64,000 nt of DNA from contig JBAQTC010000013.1 in NCBI GenBank assembly GCA_049296795.1, positions 90,527 through 154,526 on the forward strand. The letters run 5' to 3'. Below are positions 60,144 through 64,000 of this stretch, piece by piece. Numbering within the stretch: position 1 is the first letter of the stretch; the number at the start of each line of letters is the position of its first letter. This DNA is from Burkholderiaceae bacterium (GTDB lineage Bacteria > Pseudomonadota > Gammaproteobacteria > Burkholderiales > Burkholderiaceae_C). The position numbers and the translations under genes are program-made. Below the pieces are notes generated by a model. The model was not told the DNA's origin, ran no database searches, and saw nothing but the letters and a program-made list of their open reading frames with translations.

Positions 60144-62016
60144 ACCCATACTTTCGTCCTTGCGCCTGGCGTGCAGTGGGAAACTGCTCAGGAGCCTCTG
60201 GTTTGTCCTTGCTGTGGGATGCTTGATGTCCGAGGCCAGGGCTGTACCCCTTGAATTGAATCGAGCCCAGGTTCAAACCGAAGTCGACGGATGGGTATCG
60301 ACCAAAGAAACTCGGCTGCCTTACAACTGGGATTGGGAGAATCGGTTCCATTCTGGTCGCGCCAGCTTTGAACTGCATTTCACACTCGAAAGCAGAGTCG
60401 TCGCCCCCCATGCACTGTATTTCGCCAGTGTGGGCAATGTGGCTGAAATTTGGCTCAATGACGTATTTCTGTCACAGCTCGGCGATGAAGCCTCGGCCCA
60501 TGCGGTCGACTTCGGCAAGACACCCATCATGGTTCTGGTTCCAGCGCACGTGTTGCAGCAAAAAAATCTGCTGCGCGTTCATCTTGGTGCCGAGGGGGGG
60601 CGCAGGGCCGGTATGTCGACAGTCTTGCTGGGAACTGAAATTGAAATTCGTCAGCTATTCAGTAGCGGGTACCGACACAAAGTCTGGAGTGCCATGGGTA
60701 TCGCATTGTTCACTGCCGTGGTCGGGCTGTTGGCTTTTGTCTTGTGGTTAGGTAACAAGGTCTACCTCGTGGGAGAACGCCGCGGCCGTAAAGGCATGTA
60801 TTTGAGCGTGAGCGCAGCGAGCTTGTTTTGGTTGGTGCGTTTGAGTGATGTGGCTTTGGTTACGCCGCCTGTGTCATGGCCTTGGTGGGGTGTGGTTCAG
60901 ACCCTGGCCTATGCGGGATGGATTTGTGGCGTGGCGCTGTTTTGTCACTACAAAGCGGCATGGCATCGGCACCCCAGCATGGCTTGGATCCAGTTGGTGT
61001 TGGGGTTCTTGCTGCTGAGTGCCGGCCCAGCCGCCTACATCGCTTTGACAAGATCTGAGCCGATTTATTTGACGCTTTGGTTGGGCCTAGCCAACTTGCT
61101 CTTTATCGGTTATGGCTTGGTGTATTTCATGGGGGCCATCTGGTACCCCAACCATGAGCGGACCGTGCTGGCACTGGCTGGAGTCAGCAATGTGGCTGTG
61201 GGTGTGCGTGATTGGCTGGTGTTCAGGGCCAGCGACAGTTTTGGTCAATCGCCCTGGATCAATTATTCATCCACACTATTTGGCCTGGCCTTTCTCTACA
61301 TCATGGTACGGCATTTGTTGGAGTCGAGCGCACGGGTGCAAGAGTTGATGACTAACTTGGAGAGCAAGCTCAGTCAGCAGGAGGCTGAGCTCGCTGACAG
61401 CTACCGAAAACTAGAAGACTTGGCACGCAGTCAAGAGCGCCAGGCCGAACGCAGCAGAATATTGCGCGATATGCATGACGGCGTCGGTGTCCATCTGAGT
61501 ATGGCCATTCATCAATTGCAATCGGGCAAGGGCGACAAAATACAGTTGCTGCAAACCCTGCGCGATTCGATGGATCAGCTCAAACTATCCATTGACTCTC
61601 TGTCGGTGATTCCGGGGGACATCGTGGTAATGCTTGCGACCTTGCGCTACCGACTGGAGTCTCGTTTCAAGGATTCCCATATTCATTTGACGTGGAACGT
61701 TGAGCCCTTGCCGCCCTTGGCTAAGCTTGATGCATCAGCCATGCGGCAGCTGCAATACCTGGTGTTTGAGGCTTTGTCCAATGTGCTGCAGCACGCCCAC
61801 GCCAGTGAATTGAGCATCAAGTTGCATCTCAACGCGGCCGGCGCGTATGTGCTGAGCATCGTTGATAACGGCGGCGGTTTTGAGGTGAGTCACCAGACGG
61901 GCCATGGTTTGAATTCGATCAAACAGAGGGCCGATTTGTTAGGCGCTCGTTTGGCCTTTGTCAGTCAGCCGGGTCGAACCGAGCTGAGTCTGGAGTTCAG
62001 CCAAGCCGCAGCGTGA
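60103..62016 (+). CDS. sensor histidine kinase, 7TMR-DISM-type N-terminus with HisKA_3/HATPase_c
   Basis: A periplasmic domain is followed by about 7 TM helices, then a coiled coil, the H-box RILRDMHDGVGVHLS, the N-box EALSNVLQHA and the G-box DNGGGF...GHGL. The start is either ATG 60103 (overlapping the regulator) or TTG 60160, which gives a clean signal peptide. Confidence 0.85.
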   Translation: MRPLEWVGWAPLIRPILSSLRLACSGKLLRSLWFVLAVGCLMSEARAVPLELNRAQVQTEVDGWVSTKETRLPYNWDWENRFHSGRASFELHFTLESRVVAPHALYFASVGNVAEIWLNDVFLSQLGDEASAHAVDFGKTPIMVLVPAHVLQQKNLLRVHLGAEGGRRAGMSTVLLGTEIEIRQLFSSGYRHKVWSAMGIALFTAVVGLLAFVLWLGNKVYLVGERRGRKGMYLSVSAASLFWLVRLSDVALVTPPVSWPWWGVVQTLAYAGWICGVALFCHYKAAWHRHPSMAWIQLVLGFLLLSAGPAAYIALTRSEPIYLTLWLGLANLLFIGYGLVYFMGAIWYPNHERTVLALAGVSNVAVGVRDWLVFRASDSFGQSPWINYSSTLFGLAFLYIMVRHLLESSARVQELMTNLESKLSQQEAELADSYRKLEDLARSQERQAERSRILRDMHDGVGVHLSMAIHQLQSGKGDKIQLLQTLRDSMDQLKLSIDSLSVIPGDIVVMLATLRYRLESRFKDSHIHLTWNVEPLPPLAKLDASAMRQLQYLVFEALSNVLQHAHASELSIKLHLNAAGAYVLSIVDNGGGFEVSHQTGHGLNSIKQRADLLGARLAFVSQPGRTELSLEFSQAAA

Positions 62017-62026
62017 TAATTGCGGG

Positions 62027-63181
62027 ATGCCCGTTGTATTGGATCGCCCATCATTCTTCCTGCGTGTCAAACCCTGGTTCACGGGTTTTGACGCGCCGCT
62101 GACTTTCGCGGTTTTGATCTTGGCCGGTGCCGGTTTGCTGGTCATGTATTCGTCCGGTTATGACCACGGCACCCGCTTTCTGAATCACGGCCGTAATATG
62201 CTGATCGCTGGCTTCATCCTGTTTGGGGTGGCCCAGATTCCACCCCAACGTTTGATGGCGCTGGCTGTGCCACTCTATGTGTTGGGCGTTGCCCTGTTGT
62301 TGGCGGTGGCGATTTTCGGCATCACCAAAAAAGGTGCGCGGCGCTGGGTCGATCTGGGTGTCGTTATCCAGCCCAGCGAAATCCTCAAAATTGCCATGCC
62401 CATGATGCTGGCTTGGTGGTTCCAAAAGCGTGAAGGTCAGTTGCGTCCGCTTGATTTTTTGCTGGCTTTGTTACTGCTGGGGCTGCCCATTGCCCTGATC
62501 GTTCGGCAACCCGATCTGGGGACTGCAATTCTGGTTGGGATCGCAGGTCTTTCTGTTATTTTCTTCGCCGGCTTGCGCTGGCGCTGGATCGTGCCACCGG
62601 TCCTGCTGCTTGTGATCGGCGTGCTGTTACTGGTGTTGTTTGAACCCTCGTTGTGCGCCGACGGCGTACGTTGGCCCGTGTTGCATGATTACCAACAGCA
62701 ACGCATTTGCACCTTACTCGACCCCTCACGCGACCCGCTGGGTCGAGGTTTTCACATCATTCAGGGAATGATTGCAATTGGCTCGGGTGGATTCTTCGGC
62801 AAGGGTTTTATGCAGGGCACGCAGACCCATCTGGAATTCATTCCCGAACGCACCACCGACTTCATTTTTGCCGCTTATGGCGAGGAGTTTGGCCTGCTGG
62901 GTAACCTGTTGCTGATCGCCGCCTTTATTTTCTTGGTTTTGCGGGGTTTGACCATCGCAGCGCAAGCTTCCACTGTGTTTTCCCGTTTGCTGGCTGGCAG
63001 CGTGACCCTGATATTTTTCGCCTACGCGATGGTCAACATGGGCATGGTCGCAGGCCTGTTACCGGTGGTGGGCGTGCCCCTGCCTTTCATCAGTTATGGC
63101 GGGACGGCCATGGTGACGCTGGGGTTGGGGCTGGGCATTTTGATGTCGATCGCCCGCTCCAAACGGCTGGTGCAATCATGA
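62027..63181 (+). CDS. rodA: SEDS-family peptidoglycan glycosyltransferase RodA
   Basis: FDAPLTFAVLILAGAGLLVMYSS, GARRWVDLGVVIQPSEILKIAMP, PERTTDFIFA and LPVVGVPLPFISYGGT motifs. Confidence 0.9.
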   Translation: MPVVLDRPSFFLRVKPWFTGFDAPLTFAVLILAGAGLLVMYSSGYDHGTRFLNHGRNMLIAGFILFGVAQIPPQRLMALAVPLYVLGVALLLAVAIFGITKKGARRWVDLGVVIQPSEILKIAMPMMLAWWFQKREGQLRPLDFLLALLLLGLPIALIVRQPDLGTAILVGIAGLSVIFFAGLRWRWIVPPVLLLVIGVLLLVLFEPSLCADGVRWPVLHDYQQQRICTLLDPSRDPLGRGFHIIQGMIAIGSGGFFGKGFMQGTQTHLEFIPERTTDFIFAAYGEEFGLLGNLLLIAAFIFLVLRGLTIAAQASTVFSRLLAGSVTLIFFAYAMVNMGMVAGLLPVVGVPLPFISYGGTAMVTLGLGLGILMSIARSKRLVQS

Positions 63182-64000
63182 GCCCAGCGAAATTCCCCGT
63201 CGCTGTGGTGGGTGTCGGCAATATGGGTGGCGCCATGGCCGCGCATCTACTGGAACAAGCTTGGCCAGTACGGGTCAGCGATATCGATGCGAACAAAGTC
63301 CGAGAGCTGCAGGCACTGGGGGCCTTGTCGCTGGAGTCCACATCCCGCACACAACTCGATTGCCAGGCCCTGATCGTTTGCGTGGTTGATGCCGAGCAAA
63401 CCGAGCAGCTGCTGTTTGGCCGTGCGGCTTGGGCTAGCCGACTCAGGCCGGGGGCTACGGTCTTGCTGTGCCCCACACTGGCGCCACAAGCGGTGGAGGC
63501 GTTGGCTCTGCGTTTGAATCAATGCGGACTGTACGCCATCGATGCGCCCATGTCAGGCGGGCCCATACGGGCACGTGATGGCTCCATGAGCTTGATGCTG
63601 GCTTGCGACAACGCTGTGTTCTCTAGCAACGCCGCCCTTTTGGCGGCCTTGTCGTCCCGGATTTTTCGGGTCAGTGAGCGTATTGGCGATGGCGCTCGGA
63701 CCAAGCTCGTGAACAACCTGCTGGCAGCTATCAACTTGGTCGGTGCGGCAGAAGCATTGGCGTTGGCCAAACAGCTGGGGCTCGATATGGGCAGAACTCT
63801 GAACGTGATTGAGCACTCCAGTGGCCAGAGCTGGATCGGCTCGGACCGGATGCGCCGAGCTTTGGCGGGAGATTTTGAGCCAAGAGCCCATGTCAGTTTG
63901 CTGGAAAAAGACACGCGATTGGCGCTGCAGGCCGCAGTAGCTGTGGGTTTTAAGGGCCCCCTGGGGGCTGCGGCTCGCGATGTTTTTACAGCGGCCAGTG
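63178..64000 (+). CDS. NAD(P)-dependent oxidoreductase, 3-hydroxyisobutyrate/6-phosphogluconate dehydrogenase family (3'-truncated by the window edge)
   Basis: Absent from the ORF track because there is no stop in the window. ATG 63178 overlaps the rodA stop (ATGA). It reads MSPAKFPVAVVGVGNMGGAMAAHLL... then DAPMSGGPIRARDGSMSLM. The listed minus-strand ORFs here are shadows. Confidence 0.8.
   Translation, partial: MSPAKFPVAVVGVGNMGGAMAAHLLEQAWPVRVSDIDANKVRELQALGALSLESTSRTQLDCQALIVCVVDAEQTEQLLFGRAAWASRLRPGATVLLCPTLAPQAVEALALRLNQCGLYAIDAPMSGGPIRARDGSMSLMLACDNAVFSSNAALLAALSSRIFRVSERIGDGARTKLVNNLLAAINLVGAAEALALAKQLGLDMGRTLNVIEHSSGQSWIGSDRMRRALAGDFEPRAHVSLLEKDTRLALQAAVAVGFKGPLGAAARDVFTAAS

Overview
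This 64-kb window looks like a high-GC betaproteobacterial chromosome. Gene content and order resemble Burkholderiales/Comamonadaceae, but that is inference because no search was run. All protein calls rest on motifs read from the supplied translations.

Most of the window is core housekeeping:
- era-recO-pdxJ-acpS-nagZ, argB, slmA, an ATM1-type ABC exporter, pyrC and htpX.
- RNase P RNA (rnpB) and dapF-DUF484-xerC.
- A complete dcw division/cell-wall cluster (mraZ, rsmH, ftsL, ftsI, murE, murF, mraY, murD, ftsW, murG, murC, ddl, ftsQ, ftsA, ftsZ), followed by lpxC.
- ruvC, mtgA, an RNB-family exoribonuclease and rodA.

The one accessory-looking block is a sugar-acid catabolic locus at 5.5-13.9 kb. 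It has a TRAP transporter, a UxaA-type dehydratase, an Ldh_2 dehydrogenase, two SDRs and an FAH-family hydrolase.

I saw no rRNA, tRNA, CRISPR array, transposase, phage gene or recognisable defence gene.

The most unusual observations are:
1. A DksA-type factor has lost three of its four zinc-finger cysteines and carries a roughly 250-residue histone-H1-like Lys/Pro/Ala-rich N-terminal domain. It sits next to a His-rich COG0523 metallochaperone GTPase.
2. Two unrelated families of long, highly structured non-coding repeats (about 270 bp and about 390 bp) each occur as an inverted pair. The pairs are nested around rnpB.
3. A pseudouridine-synthase-like protein lacks the catalytic Asp and lies convergent with rnpB.
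4. A 10-bp-phased AGTG repeat array (putative MraZ operator) lies upstream of mraZ.

I do not see convincing evidence for a wholly new multi-gene system. The items above are candidates for follow-up.
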